Assembly (NCBI RefSeq): GCF_006345805.1
Contig: NC_043006.1
Span: 27,218,001-27,282,000, forward strand
Reading direction: 5' to 3'
DNA length: 64,000 nucleotides
Origin: Octopus sinensis
Taxonomy: Eukaryota
The number at the start of each line of letters is the position of its first letter. The stretch's first letter is position 1. A program made the translations under genes and the position numbers. The notes beneath the pieces were generated by a model. That model saw nothing but the letters and a program-made list of their open reading frames with translations, did no database searches and was not told the origin of the DNA. Positions 51,525-63,380 of this stretch are shown here, in pieces.

Positions 51525-51917
51525 AATCATCATCATCATCATCATCGTTTAACGTCCGTTTTTCCATGCTAGCATGGATTGGACGGTTCAACTGGGGTCT
51601 GGGAAGCCAGAAGGCTGTGCCAGGCCCAGTCTGATCTGGCAGTGTTTCTACAGCTGGATGCCCTTCCTAACGCCAACCACTCCATGAGTGTATTGGGTGC
51701 TTTTTACGTTCCACCTGCACAGGTGCCAAACGAGGCTGGCAAACGGCCATGATCAGATGGTGCTTTTTACGTGCCACCGGCACAGGGGCCAGACGGGGCT
51801 GGCAACGGCCACAATCGGATGGTGCTTTTTACATGCCACCGGCATGGAGGCCAGTCGGGGCGGTGCTGGCAACGGCTACATATGGATGGTTCTCTTATGT
51901 GCCACTGGCACTGGTAT
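51525..51917 (-). mobile_element. RTE 3' UTR-only copy, antisense, ~25 nt after the ZF5 stop
   Basis: Reverse match to 39295-39647. Confidence 0.85.
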
Positions 51918-52339
51918 CAATATAAATGTATATAACCACAAATGTATTTGCAGACGAAATAAATACATAGGTGGGATAACAACATCCTAACACTACATAT
52001 ATCTGTGTTGGTAAAATAACTTACAACTATTGTTTTTAATAAAATCGTCGTTTCAGAGGACCTGCATGTATTTTTACGGAGATGTACTTGCATTGCAAAT
52101 GTTTTGATCTGAGATTGTGTGTTGAAACTAAAACAGTTGCAGTTTGGAAGACAGAGGTTAGCCATTCAGAAACACAAAAACTGTTAACTTCAGGAAATGT
52201 ATTGCTAGCCTATTTTAAGATGTGACTATATTCAATAGGGCCACCTATCTGTTAATAAGTTATGGGAAAGCTGCTCTATTGATAATCTCTTAATTAGTGA
52301 TAAGAATTTGTGCTTATCTGATGAATAGTTAATCAGTTT

Positions 52340-53050
52340 TGTTTTATATCTAGTACTACAGATACCATCTTTAATGTGAAGAAACTGCAGGAGAAGTACT
52401 TGGCTAAAAGTAAGCCACCGTACCTAGCATACATTGACTTTGAATAAGACTTTGACAGAGTGATAGGCTCTGTAAAGTAGTGGTCACTAAGGAAACTAGA
52501 TGAATGGCTCAGAGCTGTACAAGTTATGTACAATGGTACAGTCAGTAAAGTGAGAGCAATGAGTTCAAAGAGAAATTTAGCATGAAAATAGGAATCCATG
52601 AAGTTCAATCCTCAGCCCCTTCTTATTTATCATAGTTTCATAGGCCATCACTGAGGAATTTAAGAGCACTATCCATGGAAATTTCTATGTCCTAACTACT
52701 TCTTTTTTTTTTAATATATGTTTTTATGAGGTTTGGTCAAAAAGTATTGCGATTGGTGCTATAAAATGAAAACTACAACACATATCAATTTAGCATTAAA
52801 TCTCCTTTGAGCCCACATACTGTACCAAGTGTAAGCTATAGACACAGAAAGAGGCAGACTTTGTATGTGGTAGATGCATGAACATGTGATGCATAAGGAA
52901 GTGCTGAACACCCCAAATTTGAGAAAGGAGGGAGATTAAGAATAACATTGGTTGAAGTGTTAAAGGCTGACCTGAAGATGTCTCATTGCAGGAAAGAAAT
53001 GAGAAGGGACTATGCTAGCAGGCATATACAGTGATACAGAAGACCTTCCC
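52340..53050 (+). mobile_element. Degraded RTE RT fragments
   Basis: LQEKYLAKSKPPYLAYIDFE*DFDRV, SILSPFLFI, AITEEF. Confidence 0.7.
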
Positions 53051-54107
53051 ATATCAGTAAAATGTATTGTGATGAGAACAGTAATAGGGACTGGAATGTT
53101 TGTGTGTCCACTCTAATACCGTATATTTGGAATCTCATCCATAGTATCCCCCTTCTTCTTATCTACCACCCTACAATCATCCTCCATCACCTCCAGTTTT
53201 TTCCCTGTTCTGATGACCATTCTACCCAACATCTCTTAGTCTTTGGCATGGCTACTTTTCCTGGTTTCTCTACTAATTATCTCCAGAGGGAACAAAAGCT
53301 CATTTTTTTCTCTCTAGGCCTATGCAACCTATGGTCTCAATTACTAATTCTTCTAACTTCCCTCTGGGCCTCTATGTCCCACCATTCTTTATCTCTTTTC
53401 CCCTCTCCCACACTGCTCCCATGTTCTCTGTTGACATCCACACCCTCCCCTATTGCCCACATCCCGCCCTCACACCAACCCAAATGCCATCTATGCCATT
53501 TCCACCTACACGAACTCTGCTCACCTTTACAACTCCGACTTAATGCACATGTGTAATCAAACCTTATCTTTTCCACCATCTTGATCCTTGATGTTTCCAT
53601 ATAGACCAGCATGTTGACATATACCAATGAACAACATGTTACCAACACATGTATATCTACCAAAACCCACAAATACACATATTACCAGTCTCCCACCAAC
53701 ACTCTACTTAAACACACCCATCATTTCACATATAAATGCATTTTCTCACTCGTGCACACACCTTCATCTTACCTCTTCATTTGCACTTATTAAGTGTATT
53801 TAACACTTTGGTTAACAACTCCTTAGTGTCCATGTAAAAAAGCACCCAGCACACTCTGTTAAGTCATTGGCATTAAGAAGGGCATACAGCCACCAGATTT
53901 CATAATGTGTTTATTTTGTCCACTGTATTACTTAGTAGAAGAATAAAGTCTCACTGCTATTTTTAAAGTTTGTTTCTTGTATTATTTCCACGAGTGAATA
54001 TGCAAGATATATATCGGTATGCAAGATTCCATAGTAAAACCAACATACCATTAAAATACATTTATGCTTTACCCCAGTCCTGCCCTCCTGAAGTCCCCTT
54101 CGAAGGA

Positions 54108-54392
54108 TACCTTTTGGTCTTGAATGACCATTGGATTGCACCTAGAAAGTTACCCAACCTCACCCTCCCAAGTCCAACAGTCAACCATGCATACCTGCCT
54201 CCCCTCTCCGTGCCATGGATGTTATCCAAGGGAAAGTCAAAAGGAGATACAGCTTGTCACCAGTGATGTTGCGACTCATTTCTGCAGCTGAATGCACAGG
54301 AGCAATGTGAAATAAAGTGTCTTGCTCAAGAACATAACACACAGACCAGTCCTGGAATCGAACTCACTACATCATGATTGTGAGCCAAGGCC
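54108..54392 (-). mobile_element. Older copy of the tRNA-SINE at 55640-55974
   Basis: Reverse match (gattgcacctagaaagttaccc, gtcttgctcaagaaca). Confidence 0.8.
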
Positions 54393-54699
54393 CCTTCATT
54401 GGAATTTCAACAACATCAGCAGGGTATTTTTGTATGTATGTATATGTGCAGATTTGTATGTTTTGTTTTATATGTATATGTATTCCCATGCATATAGTTG
54501 CATGTGTGTATGTGTTTGTATAAGTGAATGTGTGTGTGAGTGTGTTTCACTATTCAAGTCATGGTCATGGAAGGCATTGAGTGTAGGGTATGAGTATGTG
54601 TGTGCATGCTAACATGTTTCACTTTTCATCTCCCTCATATACATGTATGTATATATGCTTGCATGCCTGCATGTATGTATGCATGTGTGTGTGTATATC

Positions 54700-54910
54700 C
54701 TCATCATCATCGTTTAACGTCCGCTTTCCATGCTAGCATGGGTTGGACGATTTTGACTGAGGGCTGGCGAGCCAGATGGCTGCACCAGGCTCCAATCTTG
54801 ATCTGGCAGAGTTTCTACAGCTGGATGCCCTTCCTGATGCCAACCAGTCCGAGAGTGTAGTGGGTGCTTTTTACATGTCAGGTGGTACTGGTAATGACCT
54901 CGCTCGAATC
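54700..54910 (-). mobile_element. RTE 3' tail copy
   Basis: catcatcatcgtttaacgtccgctttccatgctagcatggg... Confidence 0.8.
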
Positions 54911-55124
54911 ACATATATATATATACATACATACACGTGTGTGTATATATATATATCAGGGGCGTGCACTCTCAGGTATGCGTTGCATGCCCTGTGATTT
55001 TTTTATCCATATGATCGGAAAATTAGATAAAATAGTTATTTTGTTTCAAAGAAAATCCGTCCAGTTGTATTTTGTCTCCCCTTCTCTATCAGTGACTCTA
55101 CTTCTGCTTTTAGAAGTCATGCAT

Positions 55125-55545
55125 TGACAAGACCAGCATGTCAGACACTCCCTCTCTGTCTCAGTTTGTCCTTCCTTCCTCTCTCTCTCTCTCTCTCTTA
55201 GTGACTTGTTTAAAAGACATGCTAAGGGGATAGGGCATTTGAAATATTTTTACCCCCTTCCTCTCTCTCTCTCTCTTAGTGACTTGTTTAAAAGACATGT
55301 TAAGGGGATAGGGCATTTGAAATATTTTTACCCCCTTCCTCTTTCTCTTAGTGGCGGTGGGAAGACCTGCATGACCTCCCTCTCTGTCTCTTAGTTTGTC
55401 CCTCCTTCCTCTCTCTCTCTTAGTGAATTGATAAAACAGATGCTAGGAGGAAAGGTCGTTCATAATATTTTGTACTCCCTTCCTCTCTCTCTCAGTGGCA
55501 TGTCAAGCTATGAGCTAACTGCATGATACCCACTTTCTGTATCTT
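55125..55545. repeat. Degenerate tandem repeat (~75-bp units with CT runs)
   Basis: ctctcttagtgacttgtttaaaagacatg.taaggggatagggcatttgaaatatttttaccccc, repeated. Confidence 0.8.
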
Positions 55546-55639
55546 TTTGTTTTGTTGAAATTGGCTTACAATTTACGCAATATAATGAACCATTTCTTAA
55601 ACATACACGATACAGTCTATAAAACTGGGATGTTTTTGA

Positions 55640-55974
55640 AAGAATATGGCTCAGTGGTTAGAGCGTCGAGCTTACGATCGTGAGGTTGTGAGCTCGAATC
55701 CCGGACCGGGCTGCGTGTTGTGTTCTTGAGCAAGGCACTTTATTTCACGTTGCTCCAGTTCACTCAACTGTAGAAATGAGTTGCGACGTCACAGGTGCCA
55801 AGCTGTATCGGCCTTTGTCTTTCCCTTGGATAACACTGGTGGCGTGGAGAGGGGAGGCCGGTATGCATGGGCGACTGCTGGTCTTCCATAAACAACCTTG
55901 CCCGGACTTGTGTCTAGGAGGGTAACTTTCTAGGTGCAATCCCATGGTCATTCATGACCGAAGGGGGTCTTTTT
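55640..55974 (+). mobile_element. Well-preserved tRNA-derived SINE
   Basis: A box tggctcagtgg, B box gctcgaatcc, core gtgttcttgagcaaggcacttta, T-rich end. Confidence 0.88.
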
Positions 55975-56236
55975 ATATTTTATCATCAGAATATATATAC
56001 TTTTCTCACACTACAATTAAGATATATTTATTTTAAATCGTTCATCTTTCTCCCCCCCCCCAACAAAAATTAGTTTGAAAGAGGGGACAGAGAAAGTTCT
56101 AAAATCTAACCAATCAGAGCTAACTGACTTCTTACCATGAAAGTGAAAATAAAAAGTATACTTTATTTTCACTTTATTTTCACCATTTGAACTGTGAGAT
56201 AAAATTAATTAGGCCTGTTAAAAAATATTACTAAAT

Positions 56237-57130
56237 ATGTTTTATGAGATGGAAAGTATCGTCAAGGACTTTGATAGCATATATTCCTTCCTAAAGGACA
56301 AAAAAGTCTTGAGCTCCTCTTCTCCAATTTGTTCGAAATGCCAGAGAGAAATGACTCTGATAAAACAAAACGAAGAAAAAATATTTCGGTGCCCAACACA
56401 CAAAGGGGAAAAAGAATCAATTAGAAGGAAATCCTATCTCGAAAATAGCAGATTGAAATTACACGATTTCATACATATAATATATTCTTGGGGCAATAAC
56501 CTAACAATAACATCAACAATAGAAATGACTGGATTGTCGAAATCTACCGTTATTCAATGGTTTCAGTACATGCGAGATATCTGTAGTAACAATCTGGTCA
56601 ACAATCCATACCAAATTGGTGGTGTCGGGCACATTGTTGAAATAGATGAAACTCTGATGTGCAAGAGGAAGTACAACAGAGGGAGAATGCCACAAGAGAG
56701 ATGGGTCTTTGGAGGTTATGATAGAGAAGAGAAAAAAGGCTTTCTACTCTTCGTAGCTGACCATTCCTCGGAAACTCTGCTACCCATCATCAAAAAATAT
56801 ATTAGACCGGGCACAACAATTCATTCGGATTGTTGGGGCGCCTATAATGGAATTGCAGAAATGGATGTGACACCAAAATACATCCATTTCACAGTAAACC
56901 ATTCCCAGAATTTTGTGGATCCGCTAACAGGTGTACACACAAATTCTGTGGAATGTTACTGGAAAAATGCAAAAAGAAAATTTAAAACGATGATGGGGGT
57001 ACATTCCACCATGGTGGACTCGTACCTTGATGAGTTTCTATGGAAGGAACAGTATGGAGAAAATGGAAAAGATTGTGTCGTGAATATTCTGAAACATCTT
57101 TCAGAATGGTATAAATTTGAAGGGGTATGA
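56237..57130 (+). CDS. Merlin (IS1595/ISXO2-like) DDE transposase, apparently intact
   Basis: CSKC..FRCP zinc ribbon, HTH region, VEIDET, RKYNRGR, WVFGG, IHSDCW..Y, VNHS.NFVDP.TGVHTNSVE..W, YLDEFLW. Confidence 0.92.
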   Translation: MFYEMESIVKDFDSIYSFLKDKKVLSSSSPICSKCQREMTLIKQNEEKIFRCPTHKGEKESIRRKSYLENSRLKLHDFIHIIYSWGNNLTITSTIEMTGLSKSTVIQWFQYMRDICSNNLVNNPYQIGGVGHIVEIDETLMCKRKYNRGRMPQERWVFGGYDREEKKGFLLFVADHSSETLLPIIKKYIRPGTTIHSDCWGAYNGIAEMDVTPKYIHFTVNHSQNFVDPLTGVHTNSVECYWKNAKRKFKTMMGVHSTMVDSYLDEFLWKEQYGENGKDCVVNILKHLSEWYKFEGV

Positions 57131-57529
57131 ACAATTGATGTCACGCGTGTATTGAAACCATTGAATAACAGAAATTAGAACGTGACATTTCTGCTAAGCT
57201 GCCGCAATTGCTTAATTAAGACTTAAATTGAAAGGTTTAAATTGAAAGGTGCAAATATGTGACGAGGTTGAAAAAAAATACCCCAGAAAAAAAATGTATT
57301 TATCTAATTGACTACTATTTTGCTACACTGTCATAAAATCGCTACAATGTCATGAAAAAGAAAAAATTAAGGTATGTACAACATATATTATTCAATTAAT
57401 TCATTCAACGAAAAAAAAAAAAAATCTGTCATGCCTTTGGTTGTCAGAAGTGAAAGTAGTCAACTTCGTGTATTTCCGTCAGGTTTATACCTTCGTTAAT
57501 TTACGCTGTTAGGTTTATAAAACAATTGA

Positions 57530-58340
57530 AGTTCAGTTTAAAGTTTATAAATAAATACATTTCATTCCATGTTCTGTTTAAACTTTATAAATAAATATAT
57601 TCTTGCATTATTCATTATTGTTTTTAAAAAAGAAATCACACCAAATCTGCACAAATGACCACCACCACCGCGATCACATACACCAATCATACACACGTGT
57701 GCGTATATGTGGCTATATGTCTGACTAATGTGTGTGTGTGTCTGTATTTATAAGTAGTTATATGCTTATATTATCCATTATAGTAATATTTTTCTGTTGA
57801 AATCCGTTTTAAGGCGGTTAATAGTTTAATTAAAGATGTGTCTATACATGTGTGTGTGTGTATCGAAACGGTAATTATTTCTACGCCAGCTGCTATGTTG
57901 TTGTTGTTTTGTCTTATTTGGTCTAAAGTCGTATGACAACCACCGTTATATATATTTTGTTTATTCATTACTGTTTTCAATTTCGTTTTCGTCTCTTGTA
58001 TTTACATCCGTCTTGTGCGTTCACATTCCTGTCTTCTACCAAGAAATCTAATGCTTACAGCTTAGTTTTTTTCTTGGGGCTGGCCGAGTTGGAGCAAATA
58101 TCAGAATTGAACAGCCGAAATTTGCTATGATGATTCGGTGTCTGACTGAAGATTGAAGGCTTCGAATGATTTGTCTGTGTTCCGTGTTCGTCCCTTCCTG
58201 TATTTCACGTTCATTATATATAAAAACATTCATTCTTATATATATATATATACATGTGTATACATATATGTGTGTATATATACACATGTGTATACATTAC
58301 ACATGAAATGTATTTATTTATAAACTTTAAACTGAAAATT
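57530..58340. repeat. ~35-bp inverted repeat pair enclosing ~730 bp
   Basis: ttcagtttaaagtttataaataaatacatttcat / atgaaatgtatttatttataaactttaaactgaa. Confidence 0.7.
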
Positions 58341-58799
58341 CCCCGTTCGCGTTTCTGTAAAAAAAAAGTAATTATTTAAGTTTTAAAAATTATTTACTTT
58401 GTTCAAAAAATATTATTAATATTAATTAATTTTCAAGAATTATTTAATTTATATAATTAATTCATTAATTTTATTCTGTAAAATAGTAATTAATTCATTT
58501 ATCTGTAAATCCGCGAGGAAAGCGACTATGTTGTTACTCTAATTTTTTTGTGTAAAATTGAAAATGTTATATATATACACACACACACACATATATTTTT
58601 AGTGAAATCCAACACCTTTTTGTCTTAAAAAGCAGAAAGGTATCTAAAAAAAATCCATATTTTGTTGGGGGGGGGGGGGGGTTAACGCGCATGCGCGAAT
58701 CGCACACTGCGCAAGTTACCTCGTAGGATCTCGAGTATCGAGTACCTACGTCTGGCGCGCGCGCGCGAATCTGCGTATGCGCAACCAGGACCACTACAC

Positions 58800-59060
58800 T
58801 TGACAAGTACCTTCATAATCAGCCTTTTTGAGCACATCATTGAAAATCCTGAAGCATGGGATGATACCACCATAAATTCAGCAATTGGACTCTTACACAC
58901 TTTAAAAGCTCCTGATTTCTTATTTTTGTTAGAAGTATTCAGTGAGATTTTTTCTTTTTTCTTATTTAATATCCTCCAGAGTAAAAGTCATGACAGTGTA
59001 TTGTAAAGATCAAATAGATAAAACTAGAACTGTACTCGAAAACAAACTTGATAATTTTTC
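58800..59060 (+). pseudogene. hAT (Tip100/ZMYM1-like) transposase fragment
   Basis: WDDTTINSAIGLLHTLKAPDFLFLLEVFSEIFS..LFNILQSKSHD. Confidence 0.65.
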
Positions 59061-59193
59061 AATCTCTTTTGTTTCAGTCATTTGACTGCGGCCATGCTAG
59101 AGCACCGCTTTTAATCCTTAGAAGAGTTTAAATTCAGGGAACTTTCAAATTTCAACAAATTTAATGAGTATTGCAAACAATTTAAAAATCATG

Positions 59194-59429
59194 GGTACTA
59201 TTTAAGAAGAGTGGTCCCGGTGCGCGCACCCGTGCATCCACGCTAGTTAGTCGTGACTAGTCGATCCTTACTTTGTGTTTTATTTACTTTGTTTAAAACA
59301 TTATTTACTTTGTGTTTTATATATTTTGTTTAAAAAATTTATTTACTTTGCTAGATAGTCGTAGGATCGACTAGTCACGACTAGCCTGCGCGAGCGCGCG
59401 CAACGGGACCACTCTTCTTAAATAGTACT
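59194..59429. mobile_element. MITE with GC-rich TIRs
   Basis: gtactatttaagaagagtggtcccg / cgggaccactcttcttaaatagtac and inner tagtcgtgactagtcgatcct inversion. No TSD seen. Confidence 0.75.
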
Positions 59430-59576
59430 AGGGCGACGTTTTTTTTATTTTTATTCTAGGTCATACCATATGTAAATCGTAGGAATTCGAAAATTTTTTT
59501 ACTGAAAAATTGCCGGGGGTGGGGGTGGGGCAAAGAAATTCATTGCATGCCCAGCCCCGAAAGTCACCGCACGCCA

Positions 59577-59612
<36 letters not shown>

Positions 59613-59879
59613 CATACACGTATGTGTGTGTACGAGTGTGACTGTTCATCTCATGGACACAAAAGATAATGGGTGCATGTGCTCACTTAATGAGATTGGG
59701 CAGTTGAAATCCGAGCTTTTTTGTCAGATTTTGTTGAACTTGATAACAGACGAAAAGTCCTTTTAATCTGACCTAATAAATTAGAGAACTGAGTGCAAAT
59801 TGCCTCGGATAGACACACACACAGCGAATCATAAAAATAGGTGCTTTTCAATTTACGGAGAAAAGAAGAAAAAAAAAAT

Positions 59880-60068
59880 TGACGTGTGTGAGAAACAAAC
59901 CCCAGATAGGGTATTTGTGGTGGCAGAAGTAGGGCTTGCAGGAAGCGGAAGCGGTGAGGGACCACGCACGTGTGGCATCAACGAAGCGGGGCTGTGGGAG
60001 CCGAGACGACGAAGCGACTAGACGCATTGACTTTGCTGAGACAGATCTGAATCTTCGCTGAGGTAAGG
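59880..60068 (+). promoter_or_regulatory. Candidate CpG-rich promoter/first exon, donor at 60063
   Basis: Tandem ETS-like caggaagcggaagc, E-box cacgtg, and GAG|GTAAGG. Confidence 0.4.
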
Positions 60069-60167
60069 CCCGTTGTATTTCCTTCTCTTTTTCTGTTGTC
60101 CTCTTCATCCGTCACACTACAGTATTTAACACATGCATACATACATAATCGTAAAAAGAGTAAACAA

Positions 60168-60282
60168 TTTTCAGTATATTGCTCCTCTAGTTCTGATAAT
60201 AACTCAGCAATTAGAGCAAGGTCATCAGCATAGAGGAGCTCCCAGGGGCAGCCTGTCTTGAATTCCTCTGTTATTGCTTGAT
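60168..60282 (-). mobile_element. RTE RT fragment
   Basis: QAITEEFKTGCPWELLYADDLALIAE. Confidence 0.8.
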
Positions 60283-61159
60283 TCCTTAGCTGACATACCT
60301 GGTAATTCCCAGGAAAGCGGGGCTTATCCCTTGGTTCTGTTCTCATAATTGTTTCGCTAATCCATAACAACCATACAAAGTATGTAGCCCTTAAAACAGT
60401 TTTTGTGCATTTACAGAGAATACCGAACTGTCTTACACAGGATCGGGATTTTAGGAATCCCCAATAAATTATGAATACCCAAATTGTTAAGTCAGTTATA
60501 TAATAACATGAAATTAGTTACCCAATAGTAAGAATTCAAATAAAGTAGCCCTGAAAAGGGCTTTAATGCATTCCCAGGGTTTATAGAACATGGGAACTAC
60601 TAATGAGGTATGTATACTAAAATTTTGAAGCATGTTATGTAATAACAGGCTAATCAGATATGAGATAATAACAATTCAAAGTGAATAACTCTGAAAAGGG
60701 CTTTTGTGCATCCCAGAGAATATTACCCTCAGGGGTGCTAGTGTTGGTATATTCATGAATGAGTCACTATCTGAAATAAGTGGATCTATTGTTTAGGAAA
60801 ATACTATTTACTTGTTTAAGGGTTGTACTGGATAAATTGCGAAAATAACTCTAACAGTTCAAATACTAAGAAATAAGCATACTCAATTTCATTTTTACCT
60901 GATAATTTACGAAAATGAATGGGTTATTTCCCTTGGCTATATATAAGGATCTAAATAATTATCCAAATTTCTCAGATAACATCAGATTCTTTAATTTACG
61001 AGGTAAAGTAATTGGTTGATCGTAATCAAAATTCAGAGTTGCATCGATACACCAAAATTGAAAGCAATCTGAGCAAAATTAAAGGGGGCTCGTTTTGCGA
61101 ATGAAACTGACTAGATCTTGATTAATTGATTGATTGATTCAAAATATACGTGCATATAT

Positions 61160-61374
61160 TTCATAGGGAAATTGCGGCCAAGAACATTACAGGTATTCGT
61201 AATATTTCGTTGTAGCAAGATACGAAGCTGTGGCTAAAGATAATAGAAGATATAAACATTTTGATGACTGAAGTTTATTCGTATAAAACCTTAGATTGTC
61301 GTAATCGAAGAATATTTGTGGTAGTTTGGGTAAAAAGCTACAACATTCTGATTCACTGATAACGGTAAGTTGAC
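61160..61374 (+). promoter_or_regulatory. ZF-gene promoter/first exon module C, donor at 61365 (coding exon expected beyond the window)
   Basis: gaaattgcggcca, caagatacgaagctgtggctaaaga, AACG|GTAAGTTGAC. Confidence 0.6.
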
Positions 61375-61630
61375 AAATATTTGTGTGAAGATATCCTTGT
61401 GTGCTTTTGTGTTGACTTTCCTGATCGAACCGAACTCCTATCGAAAGATATTGCAGTCGTCCTCGGCCAAATGTGTTTGAAGATATTAGTTGTTTGCTAT
61501 ATATTTTAGAATAAAAGCCCATAACATTATTGGATGACATATTTTACTTCAGTAATTCTATAGAAGTAAAACCATTTAACATCGTTGGAAAAAATATATT
61601 TTAATGATAGTTTGTCGCTTAATATGTAAT

Positions 61631-62815
61631 TTAACCCGGTCACCAAAACAAAAACGAAAAAACCCAGCCTAATAGGTGTAAAAAAATGTATAGAAAACGA
61701 ATATGGAAACAAAATTTTGCGCAAACAAAGGGTGGGGAGAGGACTTTCGGAAGATTCACACGATCCGATTTTTCCCCCTCATAACTTTCAGGTAAATGGA
61801 TATCTTTTGATGAAATTTTATAGAAATACCTTTCAAACGGCGTAGATTACGATTATAAAGAAATATGTGGGAATAATGTTTTCCGAAGGGTGGGGAGAGG
61901 ATTTTCGGAAAATTCGCACAATCCGATTTTTTCCCTCATAACTTTCAGGATCTTGTTTAGCACCCGGTCACTAAAAAAAAAAAAAAAAGTCCCCAAAAAG
62001 TTTTAAAATGTGTAGAAAACGAATATAAACGCAAACGAACGGAGGTGGGTTGAGGAAGAGGAAATTTTGGAAAATTTACAAGATTCGAGTATTTCCCTCA
62101 TAACTTTCAGGAAAATGGATATCTATTAATGGAATTTTATAGAAATACCTTTCAAATGATATAGATTGCGATTATAAAGAAATTTGTGGGGGGAAATGCA
62201 TGCATATACATGCACACACACACACACACACACATTATATATACATGCATACAAATACATACATGAATGAAATTTTTCCTAAAAAAAAATGGGGTGGCAT
62301 ACTCTGAGGAACCAGATGGGGTTTTCTTTCGCGGGGTAGAAATCAAAGTAAATTTCAGGAAAATGGATATCTTTTAATGAAATTTTACAATATTTTTTTC
62401 TTACACACGCACACCGTTTTTATTATTGCTTATATTCTACCAACCACCCTACCTCATTCGTTTTTTGTTTTCAAACTTATTTCCATTACACATAATTTAT
62501 GAATTTCTTTCTCTTTGAAAGTCAACTCTCCACCCCATCGGAATAAATATTTCTACAAATTTCTTTATAATCTATGCCGTTTGGAAGGTAATTTGTATAA
62601 AATTTCATTAAAAGATATCTATTTTCCTAAAAGTTATGAGGGAGAAAAATCGGATCTTGTGAATTTTCCGAAAATCCTCTCCCCACCTGCCAGTTCATTG
62701 GCGCAAATTTTTCTTTTCGTTTAATAAACATTTTTTAACACCTATTATACTTGTTTTATTATTCATTTTTTTTTTTTTTTTTTTTTTTTTTTCGTTTTGG
62801 TGACCGGGGTGTTAA
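61631..62815. mobile_element. Non-autonomous TIR element with internal direct and inverted repeats, TTAA-bounded
   Basis: ttaa cccggtcaccaaaac ... gttttggtgaccggggtg ttaa. Internal ccctcataactttcagg units. Confidence 0.65.
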
Positions 62816-62939
62816 ATTAAGCACTAACCGCATTCTTTTGTGCAGTTTCATTTGACGATATTAGTATTTTACGTTTACTTTCCTGATTGAACCGAACTTC
62901 TATCGAAAGACATTGCAGCTGTCCTTGGTCAAATTTCGA

Positions 62940-63380
62940 AGTAGTCATCACTGAGGAAGGAAAAAGGTTTCAGAACTGGGAACCAAAAAAATATATATAT
63001 CAAACTTATTTTTCATTTGTAAGTGTGGTTTCCGTCCTTGCCACAATGCAATCAACAGGGTATTCACTCTGTAACAGGTTTCCAAGAAATGGTGGGAATA
63101 TCAACAAACAGTGTATGGTTGCTTTGTAGACCTCACAAAAGAATACAACCATATGCCAGAAAAAATGCTGTGGAAGATTTTGCAGGAGTTTGAGATTAAT
63201 GACTAACTCCTGGTTGCCATGAAGTCCTCATATAAATACCCGATGCTTGCATTGGGGTAAATGTACTGAGTCAAAATCTTTCAACAAGGGTGTTAAACAT
63301 GGGCAGAGGTGCATATTATTACTTCTCTTTTTTTTTTATGAACTGGATTGACAAGTGCAGCCATTGTGGAAGTGGTAAAT
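62940..63380 (+). mobile_element. Degraded RTE RT fragment, same family as 44690-46050
   Basis: CGFRP..RVFTL*Q..KKWWEY...CFVDLTKEYN. Shares gccattgtggaagtggta. Confidence 0.7.

Larger units (their letters stand above)
54957..59579 (+). mobile_element. hAT-like composite element (short TIRs in a TA run) with nested cargo
   Basis: caggggcgtgc / gcacgccactg ends, atatatat on both flanks, and a hAT transposase fragment at 58800-59060. Confidence 0.55.

Noticed and set aside
55640-55712. tRNA gene
   Set aside because: It has no proper acceptor stem and continues into a SINE body with a second copy at 54108-54392.
56237-57130. Bacterial IS1595 contamination
   Set aside because: It is embedded among eukaryotic repeats, and its motifs fit eukaryotic Merlin.
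58140-58175. CTGAAGA..GAA hammerhead-like motif
   Set aside because: Stem II would need a 1-nt loop and GAAA is incomplete.
60370-60725. Three degenerate ~145-bp repeats as a regulatory array
   Set aside because: Too diverged to support any function, and likely an old TE interior.
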